From Squalus acanthias (lineage: Eukaryota), in assembly GCA_030390025.1 (NCBI GenBank), contig CM059432.1:122204001-122268000 (forward strand): a stretch of DNA of 64,000 nucleotides. Direction: 5' to 3'. Below the pieces are notes generated by a model. It was given only the letters and a program-made list of their open reading frames with translations, was not told where the DNA came from and ran no database searches. The position numbers were made by a program, and so were the translations under genes. This document shows positions 63,810-64,000 of the stretch, piece by piece; the stretch's first letter is position 1, and each line of letters opens with the position of its first letter.

Positions 63810-64000
63810 ACAGCAACTCGCCAAGGCTTCTTCGACAGCACCTCCCAAACTCGCGACCACCTAGATGGACAAGGTCAGCAGGTGAATGGGAACACCACCA
63901 CCTCCAAGTTCCCCTCCAAATCATACGCCATCCTGACTTGCAAATATATCGCCGATCCTTCATCGTCGCTAGGTCAAAATCCTGGAACTCCCTCCCTAAC
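63810..64000 (+). repeat. Family B LINE 3' fragment, running off the window
   Basis: CAGCAACTCGCCAAGGCTTCTTCG...CAAAATCCTGGAACTCCCTCCCTAAC matches 12884-13079. Confidence 0.85.

Overview
Vertebrate, most likely cartilaginous-fish (shark), genomic DNA. The organism is inferred from HER1-like CR1 3' tails and a Deu-domain SINE. No host protein-coding gene can be called with confidence; the window is a dense, multiply nested field of transposable elements. Main contents: (1) An apparently intact, two-gene PIF/Harbinger DNA transposon (17069-21171; 12-bp TIRs, TTT TSD, 3-exon Myb/SANT gene plus a convergent DDE transposase). It sits in a CR1 LINE that itself interrupts an older Harbinger. (2) Many non-autonomous Harbinger derivatives and MITEs with 3-bp TSDs. 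(3) Two diverged ~1.6-kb solo LTRs (23357-24983, 42490-44097; 4-bp TSDs) with a very long predicted R region and conserved RNA stems. (4) A decayed Gypsy element. (5) A full-length Vingi/Ingi-clade LINE (54762-57905) with a twin-priming-type 5' inversion, a 12-bp TSD, and a 76-nt HDV/CPEB3-like ribozyme fold at its exact 5' end (56658-56733). (6) CR1, L2, a second CR1-group LINE family, SINEs and Penelope-like fragments. All calls were made by eye; family names need Dfam/Repbase confirmation, and the boundaries of old elements are approximate.
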